In this document: one piece after another, positions 16,333-25,083 of the stretch | Layout of the letters: the number at the start of each line of letters is the position of its first letter | Numbering within the stretch: the stretch's first letter is position 1 | IMG/VR virus record: IMGVR_UViG_3300046477_000550 | DNA from: a virus | Length of the DNA stretch: 64,000 nucleotides | Reading direction: 5' to 3' (one strand) | Notes under the pieces: generated by a model | Told to the model about the DNA's origin: nothing | What the model saw: the letters and a program-made list of their open reading frames with translations, nothing else | Database searches by the model: none | Translations under genes and position numbers: made by a program

Positions 16333-16683
16333 CTATGCGCGGCCTTGGCCGTAGCGCCGCATCGACTTCTCGACGGAGTCCCGCAGCGTGCCCTCGTCGA
16401 TGACGCGGCCCTCAACGTGCACGGTCACGGTGGCGTCCGGGTGGGGCGGGAGGTCGCGCGCTGCCCGGTAGGCGTTGATGCTCTTCTCGCCGGAGACGAC
16501 CTGCTCGAAGGTGACGGAAGCCTCGCGCGCCTGCCGGTTGTGCTGCACCAACTCACAGACCGGGCAGTGTTCGACGCCGACGTGCAGGACGAAGGCGTGA
16601 CCGCACTCCTGGCACGCCCCTTTGAGGATCTCCCCCGGGAGCGGCTGGTACGTACAGAGTGCGGGCTGCTCAGCGTCGGCCAT
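16333..16683 (-). CDS. zinc-ribbon hypothetical protein
   Basis: ATG at 16683 with GAGGAG RBS. Contains CQECGH...HCPVCE. Confidence 0.55.
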   Translation of the reverse strand: MADAEQPALCTYQPLPGEILKGACQECGHAFVLHVGVEHCPVCELVQHNRQAREASVTFEQVVSGEKSINAYRAARDLPPHPDATVTVHVEGRVIDEGTLRDSVEKSMRRYGQGRA

Positions 16684-16700
16684 CACGGGCTCCTCGCTGC

Positions 16701-16922
16701 TCATGCGACGGCGTGTACGCGGCCAGCGCGTTCCCGGGTGGCCTTCTCGGCCTGGAGGACGTCCATGGCCCGATAGCGGGGCCAGCCGCGCCGGTTGACC
16801 GGCTTGATCTTGCCGCGCCGCTTCCACTGGTAGATGACGTCGGTGGTGACGCCCGCCGCTTCGGCGGCCTCGGCAGTGGTCCAGATGGCGTGTTCCAGGT
16901 CGCAGTCGAGGAGCATGGCCAC
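16701..16922 (-). CDS. excisionase/MerR-type HTH DNA-binding protein
   Basis: 73 aa with IWTTAEAAEAAGVTTDVIYQWKRRGKI, the HTH_17/Xis-like pattern. GTG start. Confidence 0.65.
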   Translation of the reverse strand: MAMLLDCDLEHAIWTTAEAAEAAGVTTDVIYQWKRRGKIKPVNRRGWPRYRAMDVLQAEKATRERAGRVHAVA

Positions 16923-16940
16923 CTCCTCAGGGAACGCGAA

Positions 16941-16970
16941 CAGGCCCCGAGCTGGGGGCTACGGGGCCTG
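16941..16970 (-). terminator. 9-bp perfect stem-loop between operons
   Basis: CAGGCCCCG-12 nt-CGGGGCCTG, between the stop at 17023 and the start at 16922. Confidence 0.5.
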
Positions 16971-17022
16971 CTTTAGAGCATGATCGGCGTGGCCCAAATC
17001 TGACACAGATTGGCCTATTAGG

Positions 17023-17736
17023 TCAAGCGGCTGCCACCGACTTGTACTGCTGGGCCAACTTGCCGGTGTGTTCCAGATACTCCCCAGGCGTGAGCAGTGT
17101 CTGACAGTTGATGTTCCGGCACTCGATGTAGTCGTCGCCGTCGGTGCGGAAAAGGGTGAGCAACTCGCAGCGCGGGCACGGGATTCGGTGGTGTTCCAGG
17201 CGCGCGTCCCGGCGGGTGAAGCGCTGCGCTGCGCGGTGCCAACTGCCGATCTGCGCGGCCGGATTGCCGGACAGCCGGTCGTGGACTTCGGCGGCGAGCG
17301 GGTGCTCGACGAGCGCCCACGTGAGCTGCGCGGTCAGGAACCGTGTGACACCGGTGACGTCGCCGCCCTCCGTGCCGCGCCCAGGCCGAACGCGGAAGCG
17401 TCGCAGCTCGCGGATGTCGTCCTCCAACTCCAGCAAGCCGCCCACGATGTGGTCGATGAGGATCCGTGAGGCTTGTCCGGGCCACGCCGGGATTGAGGTG
17501 CGGCCGATCATGCCGGTCGTCTTCGCGGCCGTGCCGTACACGGCTTCCAGGCTGACGGCGACGACGAGTTCGGGGAGTTCGGCGAGCTGGCTGTGGGCGC
17601 GGTTCGTGCAGCGGTCGCAGTGGACGGGCTGGCCCCAGGTGACGGGGACGTCGTGTTCGGCGCCGGTGGCGGCGAGTTGGGCTTCGGCCTTACGCCAGCC
17701 GTTGTTGCACGACCCCGGGCACGGCGCTGGGGTCAC
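17023..17736 (-). CDS. hypothetical protein with C-terminal zinc ribbon
   Basis: GTG at 17736 (GTGA overlap, GGAGAG RBS). The C-terminus reads CPRCELLTLFRTDGDDYIECRNINC. Confidence 0.55.
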   Translation of the reverse strand: MTPAPCPGSCNNGWRKAEAQLAATGAEHDVPVTWGQPVHCDRCTNRAHSQLAELPELVVAVSLEAVYGTAAKTTGMIGRTSIPAWPGQASRILIDHIVGGLLELEDDIRELRRFRVRPGRGTEGGDVTGVTRFLTAQLTWALVEHPLAAEVHDRLSGNPAAQIGSWHRAAQRFTRRDARLEHHRIPCPRCELLTLFRTDGDDYIECRNINCQTLLTPGEYLEHTGKLAQQYKSVAAA

Positions 17737-17888
17737 CGTCCACTCTCCATGCCTGCGGCAAGAACGGCTATGACGATCTGCATGGCCTGCGCCTCGCTGA
17801 ATCCGGCGCCGACGTAGGAGAGGAACACTTCGTGGAGTTGGGCGGCGCCTGCGGCGAGTTCGGTGAGCGGGTCCTGGGGATCGGGCAT
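17733..17888 (-). CDS. hypothetical protein
   Basis: ATG at 17888 with GGGAGA RBS. 51 aa. Confidence 0.45.
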   Translation of the reverse strand: MPDPQDPLTELAAGAAQLHEVFLSYVGAGFSEAQAMQIVIAVLAAGMESGR

Positions 17889-17965
17889 GACGCGTCTCCC
17901 GGTGTGCGTGAGGGTTCTGCACCCCATTGTGCACACTCAGCGTGACAACGGCGGGGTTCCGTGAC

Positions 17966-18310
17966 TCACAGCACCGGCGCGTAGCGCCCGGCCCTGAGTT
18001 CCTCGCGCAGCATGAACTCCCGCAGCCACGCCGGGTTCCGGCGGCTCTCGACCTGAAGTACCCGGGAGACCTGCGCGCGGTTGCATGGGTCGGTGAGGGC
18101 GCGGGCGATCTCCTCGTCGGCCAGTGCGGGTTCGGGCCGGCTGATCCATCCCCAGGCTGTGGGTTCGGTTTCGGTGTGGGTGTCGGCGTTGTCCAGCCAC
18201 CAGTCGAGGCAGTCATGGCAGACGTGCAGGGTGGTTGCGGCCGGGCTGGTGGTCAGCCATGCGACGGCCGGACCGCAGGCGCCGAGCTGCATGTAGCAAC
18301 GGGCGGTCAT
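17966..18310 (-). CDS. hypothetical protein
   Basis: 114-aa ORF with Cys/His motifs (HVCHDC). Confidence 0.55.
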   Translation of the reverse strand: MTARCYMQLGACGPAVAWLTTSPAATTLHVCHDCLDWWLDNADTHTETEPTAWGWISRPEPALADEEIARALTDPCNRAQVSRVLQVESRRNPAWLREFMLREELRAGRYAPVL

Positions 18311-18642
18311 CGCGTCTCCCCCTCGGTCGGGAGGTGCCGTCCGCTCGGGTCCGAGTAGAGGATCTCAACGCGCCCGTCTGGCGTGACGTGGGTGAACGAG
18401 TTCGCGGCGGCGTGTTCGTAGGTGGCACACCACATGTCGATCTCGCTGCGGCGCATGCTGTGGGGGAAGTCGACGACTCCGGCCCGCTCGCCGTTGCTTG
18501 GCCCGAAAAATCGCCGCAGGCCGATGGCGAGTTCGGCGGCCGTGCCGGGCTTCGGCTCGATGCCGAACAGCTCATACTCCAGGACGGCGATCGCGAGCCG
18601 GTCCGCGCGGCGCGGGGGCGGCTTCCGCCACGGCCACTTCAC
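18307..18642 (-). CDS. hypothetical protein
   Basis: GTG at 18642 (GTGA overlap, GGGGAG RBS). 111 aa. Confidence 0.5.
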   Translation of the reverse strand: MKWPWRKPPPRRADRLAIAVLEYELFGIEPKPGTAAELAIGLRRFFGPSNGERAGVVDFPHSMRRSEIDMWCATYEHAAANSFTHVTPDGRVEILYSDPSGRHLPTEGETR

Positions 18643-19094
18643 GTCGTCTCCCCGGCCTGGGTGTTGCTCTCGGCGGGCGCCTGTCCGCCTCCGGAGCAGG
18701 CGATGAGGAGCGGCGTGCTGTAGGGCCACATGTGCGGCGGGATCATGCCGTCCGTCAAGCGGATGGATTCGCCGCATCCCGTACAGCGGCCGAAGGCTTC
18801 AGGAGGCCTCTCAGCGGTACCAGTGGCGGCCTCCCGAGCCTCGGTGCGCACCAGCCACGGGGCCATCGGGGTCGCGGCGATCTCGGTGATGTAGACGGCT
18901 CGCGCCGGGCAGTCGGGGCAGGCGACGTCGAGCACCGGCCTGCCGGGCACGGCGAACGTCCGCAGTACCCAGCGTCGGGGCCCGGTCTTCCGCCGTTCAC
19001 GGACGCGCCGGGACGGGGACTGGCGGCGCGCGCTGGTCTGGCTCGGGTGCAGGCAGAGGGCGACGCCGTCGCCGAGCGGGGTGTACGTGGTCAT
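18639..19094 (-). CDS. hypothetical Cys-rich protein
   Basis: 151-aa ORF with CPDCP and CTGCG motifs. Confidence 0.55.
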   Translation of the reverse strand: MTTYTPLGDGVALCLHPSQTSARRQSPSRRVRERRKTGPRRWVLRTFAVPGRPVLDVACPDCPARAVYITEIAATPMAPWLVRTEAREAATGTAERPPEAFGRCTGCGESIRLTDGMIPPHMWPYSTPLLIACSGGGQAPAESNTQAGETT

Positions 19095-19309
19095 CGGGGC
19101 ACTTCCGGGTCGATGAGGTCGGCAGCGTAGTCCGCGCCGTCCGTGGCGTGTGCCGGGTAGTCGGCGTTCCGAATCTGCTCGGCAAGCTCGCGGGCCACGG
19201 CGTCGTAAACACGCTGAGCCGTACCGTCACCGCGCTGCCAATACTCTCCGGCAAGGTCTTCGATCTGATCCAGTGCGGTGGTCGTATCGCGGGGATCTCG
19301 GTAGACCAT
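19091..19309 (-). CDS. hypothetical protein
   Basis: ATG at 19309 (TGATG overlap). 72 aa. Confidence 0.5.
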   Translation of the reverse strand: MVYRDPRDTTTALDQIEDLAGEYWQRGDGTAQRVYDAVARELAEQIRNADYPAHATDGADYAADLIDPEVPR

Positions 19310-19740
19310 CAGCTCGTCGCCTCCCCGGTCCAGCCCCAGCCCTCGGCGAGGTTGCTGACGTGGCGTTCGACACGCTCGTCTCGTCCGCAGGTGCAGTCCT
19401 GGTTGCCGTCGCGGTCTCCGTTGTCGGCGGCGGCGAGACAGCTGTACCAGGAGTCTTCGCACACGTCGTGCTTCTCGGCGAGCAGGTCGCCGAGCATCTT
19501 TCGGTCGGCGGCGATCCGGCGCAGGACGGCAGCCGGGGAGTTGGCGACCACGAAGGCGCCGATCTCCGGGTGGTAGATGGTCGCAAGCGTGTTGCCGTTG
19601 TTCAGGTCGCGGATCTCGTGGACCAGCTCGTCGTACTCCCAGTGCGGCGACCAGGCGCGTTCTGCTGCCGCTTCCGCGTCGCGCTGGGCCGCGTCCATGG
19701 CCTCCCGCAGCCGCACCACCATGCGGTCTGTGTCCGTCAT
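19309..19740 (-). CDS. hypothetical protein (resembles DUF6221-type actinophage proteins)
   Basis: 143 aa with the pattern AAVLRRIAADRKMLGDLL...H..C...C. Confidence 0.55.
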   Translation of the reverse strand: MTDTDRMVVRLREAMDAAQRDAEAAAERAWSPHWEYDELVHEIRDLNNGNTLATIYHPEIGAFVVANSPAAVLRRIAADRKMLGDLLAEKHDVCEDSWYSCLAAADNGDRDGNQDCTCGRDERVERHVSNLAEGWGWTGEATS

Positions 19741-19747
19741 CGTCGCT

Positions 19748-19852
19748 TCACCGCCAAGACAAAGGACGGCGCGTCAGAAGCCAGATCGTGCTGCAGATGA
19801 GGCCACACACGCAGAACCCGGTCAGAGCCCCGAACCACCAGTCCGTCGTCAC
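19748..19852 (-). CDS. 34-aa membrane peptide
   Basis: GTG at 19852 with GGGGAGG RBS. Reads VTTDWWFGALTGFCVCGLICSTIWLL. Confidence 0.3.
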   Translation of the reverse strand: MTTDWWFGALTGFCVCGLICSTIWLLTRRPLSWR

Positions 19853-19854
19853 CG

Positions 19855-20142
19855 CTACCTCCCCAGCGTGCACAGGACGTGCAGCGCGGCGCGGAAGTCG
19901 TCGTCGGTTGGCGTGCCGCCCGCACGGTCGCCCTGCACCTCGTGCACGGCCTCGATGGCGCGCTCACGGCCGATACCGACGGCAGCCGCGCGCACAAGGT
20001 AGGAGTCCGCTGCCACTGCGAGCTTCAACGTCTCCGTGACGGCTGACGCAAGCGGGGCCAGCATCAGACCCGCGCTCGCGGCGGCAAGGCGCGGAAGGTC
20101 GTCGATCACATGCGGACGCTGGTCCGCTGGCAACTTGCTCAC
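19855..20142 (-). CDS. hypothetical protein
   Basis: GTG at 20142 with GGAGG RBS. 95 aa. Confidence 0.45.
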   Translation of the reverse strand: MSKLPADQRPHVIDDLPRLAAASAGLMLAPLASAVTETLKLAVAADSYLVRAAAVGIGRERAIEAVHEVQGDRAGGTPTDDDFRAALHVLCTLGR

Positions 20143-20315
20143 CGTTCCGCCTCCAGAATCGTGCCGTCCTCGGCGATGACGCACGCCTTGCGGAACAGCC
20201 GCGTGTGCTTGTGCCGCACGACGGCATGCGCGCACCCGGTATTCGGGCACCACGGGTCGGGAGGATTCCCGGCCCCGTACATCAGCGCGTCGTCGACAGC
20301 ATCCCAGCCGCTCAT
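20139..20315 (-). CDS. hypothetical protein
   Basis: ATG at 20315. 58 aa. Coupled to neighbouring genes. Confidence 0.45.
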   Translation of the reverse strand: MSGWDAVDDALMYGAGNPPDPWCPNTGCAHAVVRHKHTRLFRKACVIAEDGTILEAER

Positions 20316-20509
20316 CCCTGCTCCGCCCACTCGAACCGGATTCCGGCCGCGCGCATCTCCGGCGGCAGCAGCCCCGTCAACTCGTCGGCCATCGCCGGAA
20401 GCGCCTCGTCGAGCCACGCCCGGTACGCGGCCTCACGGGCGCGACCCTCCCGGCACGCCTCGTCGAGGGTGGCGAGGGAGTCGTTCAGCGAGTCGGGGTA
20501 GGCGGTCAC
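20312..20509 (-). CDS. hypothetical protein
   Basis: GTG at 20509 (GTGA overlap). 65 aa. Confidence 0.4.
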   Translation of the reverse strand: MTAYPDSLNDSLATLDEACREGRAREAAYRAWLDEALPAMADELTGLLPPEMRAAGIRFEWAEQG

Positions 20510-20850
20510 GTCTGCTCCCGAGGCGGGACATCCCCGTACTTCCGCTGCCATTCGTCGTCTTGGACGCCGAGCCCGTACTCGTGCATGGTGCGGTCGCAGA
20601 CGACATCGGTGTACGCCTTGTCGATCTGCTCAATGGTGCGCCCCATGGTGCGGGCGATCCTTTCCGGGTCGCTGGGCCACTCCGTGTGCTGCGCCAGGTA
20701 GTCGAAGTCCTTCAGGCGCCGCTCGTAGTGGTACTGAAAGTCGGCGCACTGCCTGGCGAGTGCCTGGACGAGCTGGGCGAAGTGGTGCGCAGGATCGCCC
20801 TCCCTGTAGAGGCGGCCGGATGCTGGGTGGGAGTAGCCGGAATCGCTCAT
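20506..20850 (-). CDS. hypothetical protein
   Basis: 114-aa ORF with normal amino-acid composition. Confidence 0.6.
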   Translation of the reverse strand: MSDSGYSHPASGRLYREGDPAHHFAQLVQALARQCADFQYHYERRLKDFDYLAQHTEWPSDPERIARTMGRTIEQIDKAYTDVVCDRTMHEYGLGVQDDEWQRKYGDVPPREQT

Positions 20851-20874
20851 GCCGTCAGTATGCAGCGCGGCCGG

Positions 20875-21381
20875 TCACGCCCCGTTGGGATTCCTCGGTG
20901 GGCAGCACATCGGCCACGGGCAGTCGGCTGCGATGTGGTAGTCGCCACGGCACAGGCAGTCCGTACAGCCGCCGAGCAGGCCACGCCGCCCGAGTCGCCG
21001 CGCCTTCGCCAGGAACAGGCGCTCCGGCAGCAGGCCCACCTCTACTTCGAGGGCCTCCTGCACCTTCCACCGGAGCCGCCACACAGACCCGTTCGTCGAC
21101 CCGTCGTAGCCAGGCGTCCGCCGAACCGCGTCCAAGAACACGTCATCGGCGATGTCCTTGCACTGCATGCGACGGCCGTCGACCATGCGGATCGACGGCG
21201 GCTCCGGCTGCGGCTCGGGCGCAGGAACATCCGGACGCGGAAGCCACAACGCGCCCGACCGCCAGAAGACCGACATCGGCACCGGGTCCACGACGACAGG
21301 GTCCATGACCGCCAGTATGCGACCGCCCCGCGACGCCCCGCTCAGCAAAACGGCCCCACCCGAATCGGGCAGGGCCGTCAC
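20875..21381 (-). CDS. hypothetical Cys-rich protein
   Basis: 168-aa ORF with GTG start. The C-terminus reads CTDCLCRGDYHIAADCPWPMCC. Confidence 0.5.
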   Translation of the reverse strand: MTALPDSGGAVLLSGASRGGRILAVMDPVVVDPVPMSVFWRSGALWLPRPDVPAPEPQPEPPSIRMVDGRRMQCKDIADDVFLDAVRRTPGYDGSTNGSVWRLRWKVQEALEVEVGLLPERLFLAKARRLGRRGLLGGCTDCLCRGDYHIAADCPWPMCCPPRNPNGA

Positions 21382-21391
21382 ATCGCCGTCG

Positions 21392-21982
21392 CTACTCCCA
21401 GCCGCCGGTGAAGTTGGAACTCAGCTGGGCGTCGCAGATGTTGTAGCCACCCGACGCGTGCCCCGTCTTCGTCTTCCCGCCGATCGTGATCGAGCAGTGG
21501 ATGTCGCCCGACCCTTGCAACTGGGCGTTGACGTTGAAGTACATCGCACCCTTGGCCAACGGCAGCGTCGCAGTGAACTTGCCGTCCTTGAACGCGCCCT
21601 TGCGGGTGTCCGAGTCGGAGCCGTAGCCGATGTCGAGCGGCCCGAGCGCGCCGGCCGGGGCGGTACCCCACACCTTGAAGGTGACGACATCGGCCGGCTT
21701 GCTGGTCTTCGCGCCGCCGACCTTCGCCTTGCCGCTGCCGCTGCCGCTGGCGCTGTGGGTTGCGGTGGTGGTACTCGGGCTGCTGCTGGTCTTGTTGCTG
21801 CTGCCGCCGCTGTTGACGGCTGCGGCGATGACGCCGATGGCGACGAGCAGTCCGACGATGCCGAGGCATCCGAACCCGATGATTTTCCCGGCGCTGCGGC
21901 CTTTCGGCGGCGGGGGCGGGGCGCCCCATGCGGGTTGTTGCGGTCCGCCCCATTGCGGCTGCTGCGGATGCTGCTGGCTCAT
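21392..21982 (-). CDS. MmpS-like membrane-anchored protein
   Basis: ATG at 21982. Gln/Pro-rich N-terminus, one TM helix, then VTFKVWG...IHCSITIGGKTK...GGYNICDAQL, the MmpS-type pattern with two conserved Cys. Confidence 0.6.
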   Translation of the reverse strand: MSQQHPQQPQWGGPQQPAWGAPPPPPKGRSAGKIIGFGCLGIVGLLVAIGVIAAAVNSGGSSNKTSSSPSTTTATHSASGSGSGKAKVGGAKTSKPADVVTFKVWGTAPAGALGPLDIGYGSDSDTRKGAFKDGKFTATLPLAKGAMYFNVNAQLQGSGDIHCSITIGGKTKTGHASGGYNICDAQLSSNFTGGWE

Positions 21983-22119
21983 GCCGTCCCCCGTTGATGC
22001 TGTCCGTCCGAGGTGGGCGAATGTAGTGGATGTGAGCGCGGCGTAAAGGTGATGCGAGCGACCTGTGACACGAACGGGACGAACGGATGTGGGGCGCACT
22101 GACGGCCAGCGCTAGCCGA

Positions 22120-22326
22120 CTACAGCTCCGGCGTCTCCACGTGCGCGGCTTGGATCTCGATTTCGACCCCGAGCCGCTGAAGCTTGCTGCCCCAGGAGAC
22201 GGAGACCGTGACGGGCTCGCTGCCGTTGGCGCCGGACCGCATGGCGTCCTGGACGAACGCGGCCAGCTCGTCGAGGGTCATGACCTGCCCCTTGGGGGCC
22301 TTGTGCTCGATCTTTTTGAGGGACAT
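22120..22326 (-). CDS. hypothetical protein
   Basis: ATG at 22326, 9 nt after AGGAGG. 68 aa. Confidence 0.5.
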   Translation of the reverse strand: MSLKKIEHKAPKGQVMTLDELAAFVQDAMRSGANGSEPVTVSVSWGSKLQRLGVEIEIQAAHVETPEL

Positions 22327-22331
22327 GCGGC

Positions 22332-22583
22332 TCATCCTCCTGCACGTAGGGCGCCAACTGGCGCTTCCGATGATGCGACAGCCCGCGCGCATCCCCGGCA
22401 TTCGCCGACCGCCCCGACGACGTACCCGCCGGCAAGCAGCCCGCTCTTCCCGCAGGCGGCGTGCAGCACCCGCCACCACTCCTGCTCCTCGGGCCGGCGG
22501 ACGTGGTGCCCGGTGCGGCCGTTCTCGAACCGGACGCCCGGGATCGGGAACTCGTCGGCCAGCGTCGGAGCGGGGGCAGTCAC
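22332..22583 (-). CDS. hypothetical protein
   Basis: GTG at 22583 (GTGA overlap). 83 aa. Confidence 0.4.
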   Translation of the reverse strand: MTAPAPTLADEFPIPGVRFENGRTGHHVRRPEEQEWWRVLHAACGKSGLLAGGYVVGAVGECRGCARAVASSEAPVGALRAGG

Positions 22584-22936
22584 CACTGACCTCCCATGTG
22601 GGAGAGACCGCTGGTCGCGCGGTCGAGGGCGACCCCGGCTTTCGCGAGGAGTTGGCGGGCTTCGTTCAACTCCTGCCGGGCCTTCTCCGCCTCTTCGCGC
22701 ACGTCGCTGCCGTTGTCCATGCGGATGGTGTCGGCGTCCCGCATGGCGCGGAGTTCGCCCCAGATCTGTTCGATGGCTTGCGGCATGCCCCACACGGCCT
22801 GCTTGATCTCATTGATGGTGCTGTAGATCTGGGAGGGCTCCTCGAAGGCGCCGCCGCCGATGGTGCGGTGGTTGAGGGCCCGGGTCTCCTCGGCCACGCT
22901 TCGGGCGATGGCGGCGGGTTCGCGGTTCAGGTCCAT
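22580..22936 (-). CDS. hypothetical helical protein
   Basis: 118-aa ORF with GAGGAA RBS. Confidence 0.6.
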   Translation of the reverse strand: MDLNREPAAIARSVAEETRALNHRTIGGGAFEEPSQIYSTINEIKQAVWGMPQAIEQIWGELRAMRDADTIRMDNGSDVREEAEKARQELNEARQLLAKAGVALDRATSGLSHMGGQW

Positions 22937-22943
22937 GAGTTCC

Positions 22944-23117
22944 TCAGCAGTAGTAGTGATCGGTCGGGTCGTCGGGCTCGTCGTCCCAGTCGCGGTCGGC
23001 CCAGTGCGCGTCGTCGTACCGGGCGGCTTCGGCCGGGGTTTCGTCCCAGTCCCGCGCCTCGGGTTCGGTCGGCGGCTCCGGGACGGGCGCCGGGGCGGGC
23101 TCGGGCGGGGCGGTCAC
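22944..23117 (-). CDS. acidic 57-aa protein
   Basis: GTG at 23117 (GTGA overlap). Reads VTAPPEPAPAPVPEPPTEPEARDWDE...DHYYC. Not in the ORF track because it has no ATG and is under 60 aa. Confidence 0.4.
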   Translation of the reverse strand: MTAPPEPAPAPVPEPPTEPEARDWDETPAEAARYDDAHWADRDWDDEPDDPTDHYYC

Positions 23118-23656
23118 TGAACGTCCTCTGCTTCGGCGGGGTTGGTGACGGTGACGCCGTCGCGGGTGCGGGACAGAACGCGGTCGTAGGTGCGCTTGGG
23201 GTCGTCCCGGCCGCCTCCGCCGCCGTCGAGGGTGAGCGTCTTCTTGTTGACGCGCTTCACGCGGTAGGTGTCGGCGTGAGTCTCAAAGGTGCGGACGGTG
23301 ACGATGTCGCCGACCTGGAAGTCGGCGGGTTCCCATGGGCGGGACCGGGTGGCGACGGTGTCGGCTATCGCGGCCCGCGCGTCGGCGTCCGCCTTCGCCC
23401 ACTTCGCTTTCGCCTGGGCGCGTTCGGCGGCCTTGTAGGCGTCGATGGCACGCTCGGAGGCGGCGTCGGCACGGTCCTTGTCGCGCCGGGCGCTGCGGTA
23501 GGAGTGGTGACCGCGAAGGAGGGGCTGACCACCAGCGAACCGGCCGTACATGCCGCGCGCGCGCTCACTCCGCTGTTGCGCTTCGACTGAGAGTCGGTCG
23601 GCCTGCTGCTGGAGTTGTTCTGCTTTGAGCTGCTTGGGCGTCTTCTCTTCGGCCAT
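23114..23656 (-). CDS. DUF3560-like protein
   Basis: ATG at 23656 with AGGAGA RBS. GQPLLRGHHSYRSARRD and the helical N-terminus resemble DUF3560 proteins of actinomycete mobile elements. Confidence 0.55.
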   Translation of the reverse strand: MAEEKTPKQLKAEQLQQQADRLSVEAQQRSERARGMYGRFAGGQPLLRGHHSYRSARRDKDRADAASERAIDAYKAAERAQAKAKWAKADADARAAIADTVATRSRPWEPADFQVGDIVTVRTFETHADTYRVKRVNKKTLTLDGGGGGRDDPKRTYDRVLSRTRDGVTVTNPAEAEDVQ

Positions 23657-23667
23657 CAGCGGTTCTC

Positions 23668-23943
23668 CTATCGGTTGAGGCCGGGCAGGTCGCCCCAGCC
23701 GTGTACGAGGCCGGGGTTGCAGGCGGCCAAGGTCTTGTTCGCGGTACAGAGTCGGGCGTGCAGCCGTATCGCCGCTTCGGCGCGCACCTCGGCGGTGCAG
23801 GCGGCCAGCGTCCGCCCGGTGAGCAGCCTGCCGCAGAGCCCGGCCTCGTCGACGGCTTCGAGCACGTGGGCGGGGAGTTGCCGGGCGGCGAGGTCGGCGA
23901 CCGCATCCGGGACGGGGATGGTGCGCGGCGGGCGGGCGATCAC
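23668..23943 (-). CDS. hypothetical protein
   Basis: 91-aa ORF. Confidence 0.5.
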   Translation of the reverse strand: MIARPPRTIPVPDAVADLAARQLPAHVLEAVDEAGLCGRLLTGRTLAACTAEVRAEAAIRLHARLCTANKTLAACNPGLVHGWGDLPGLNR

Positions 23944-24386
23944 GGCTTGGTCTCCGCTCGCTCCAGCCAGAAACCGTCACTGTGCTCGTCGCGGTAGCGG
24001 CGGCCAATCTCCCAGCCGTTCAGGCGGGCCAGGTCCTGCCACGTCCACCGCAGCCCAAGGGATGCCCAGCCGTCCTCGGGCCGGTTCATCAGGTACAGCC
24101 GACCGTCATGCGGGTGGACGCGGACCAGGATGCGGTTGTCGAGTGACTGCAAGTCCAGCGGTGCCGCCTGGAAGATCGGGCACGTTTCGCACTTTCCGTC
24201 GGCGATGCACGGCCCGTATCCGCCGTACCCGGCCCGTCGGGTGTCCTGCGACTCGACGAGGTGGCTGTAGTCGCGGGGACGCAGCGCGCACTGGTCGCCC
24301 GCGAGAGATCCGAGCGCGATGCGGTTCCAGCCCTGCCCGTCGGGGCCGCCGTTGCGGTGGCTGGGCGCCGGAAGGTAGATCGGCAT
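23940..24386 (-). CDS. hypothetical protein
   Basis: 148-aa ORF, coupled to the preceding gene. Confidence 0.55.
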   Translation of the reverse strand: MPIYLPAPSHRNGGPDGQGWNRIALGSLAGDQCALRPRDYSHLVESQDTRRAGYGGYGPCIADGKCETCPIFQAAPLDLQSLDNRILVRVHPHDGRLYLMNRPEDGWASLGLRWTWQDLARLNGWEIGRRYRDEHSDGFWLERAETKP

Positions 24387-24550
24387 CAGGGGGTTCCGCC
24401 CTCGTCGAGGAGTTGGTCGATAAGGGCGCGGGCGAGTTCGGCGTTTCCGTCGTAGTAGATGGTCAGAGCGTGCTCAATGACGGGGCGGACGCTCGGGGCG
24501 ACATCGGGGCGGCTCTGCTCGCGGTGCTTGTTGTCGATGGTGTCGGCCAT
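24386..24550 (-). CDS. hypothetical protein
   Basis: ATG at 24550 with GAGGAG RBS. 54 aa. Confidence 0.5.
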   Translation of the reverse strand: MADTIDNKHREQSRPDVAPSVRPVIEHALTIYYDGNAELARALIDQLLDEGGTP

Positions 24551-24588
24551 GGCGATCTCCTCGGCGTCGGCGGCAATTCGGTGGTGGG

Positions 24589-24610
24589 GCCCGGCCTCGA
24601 AAGGCCGGGC
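24589..24610 (-). terminator. 9-bp stem-loop after the 24619 gene
   Basis: GCCCGGCCT-CGAA-AGGCCGGGC. Confidence 0.45.
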
Positions 24611-24618
24611 GGGGCGGG

Positions 24619-24939
24619 TCAGAAGTTCGGGTCCCGCCGGGGGCACTTGGCGTGGTGCTCGTCGGTGACCCACTTGACCGACGTGACGGGGGCGCCACAG
24701 TCGGTGCACTCGGCGGGGAAGATGGCGATGGTGTCGAGGAACTCGGGGTCGGCGATCCGGACGATCCGCATGAGGAGTCCGCTGCGGTCGGTGGCGTGCC
24801 ACTCGTCGATGTCTTGACCGGTGATCTGGGCCTGCTCGATGCCGATCTCGGCGTCTTCGACGGTGTCGTATCCCCAGAAGCTGCCGTAGTTGTCGAAGTT
24901 GACGACGTTCGTCCAGTCGATGCGGGCCTTGGTCTTCAT
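24619..24939 (-). CDS. hypothetical protein, first gene of a leftward operon
   Basis: 106-aa ORF. ATG at 24939 with GGGGAG RBS. Confidence 0.6.
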   Translation of the reverse strand: MKTKARIDWTNVVNFDNYGSFWGYDTVEDAEIGIEQAQITGQDIDEWHATDRSGLLMRIVRIADPEFLDTIAIFPAECTDCGAPVTSVKWVTDEHHAKCPRRDPNF

Positions 24940-24981
24940 GTGAATCTCCCCTGGCTTGCCGTCCTTGGCGATGACTCCATA

Positions 24982-25080
24982 GTTGCATCCTCATGTTGCA
25001 TCGTCAAGAGGTCTCGCAAGGTGACAACTGGAAGATGCATCGCTAGGGTGCCTAGTGAAGATGCGACAGGACGTGGCATC
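24982..25080. promoter_or_regulatory. divergent promoter/operator region with repeated (G/T)TGCATC half-sites
   Basis: GTTGCATC at 24982 and 24995. Palindromic GATGCATC at 25034. GATGCGAC at 25060. GTGGCATC at 25073. A candidate rightward promoter (GTGACA at 25021, 17-nt spacer, TAGGGT at 25044) has the palindrome inside its spacer. Confidence 0.45.
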
Positions 25081-25083
25081 CTT

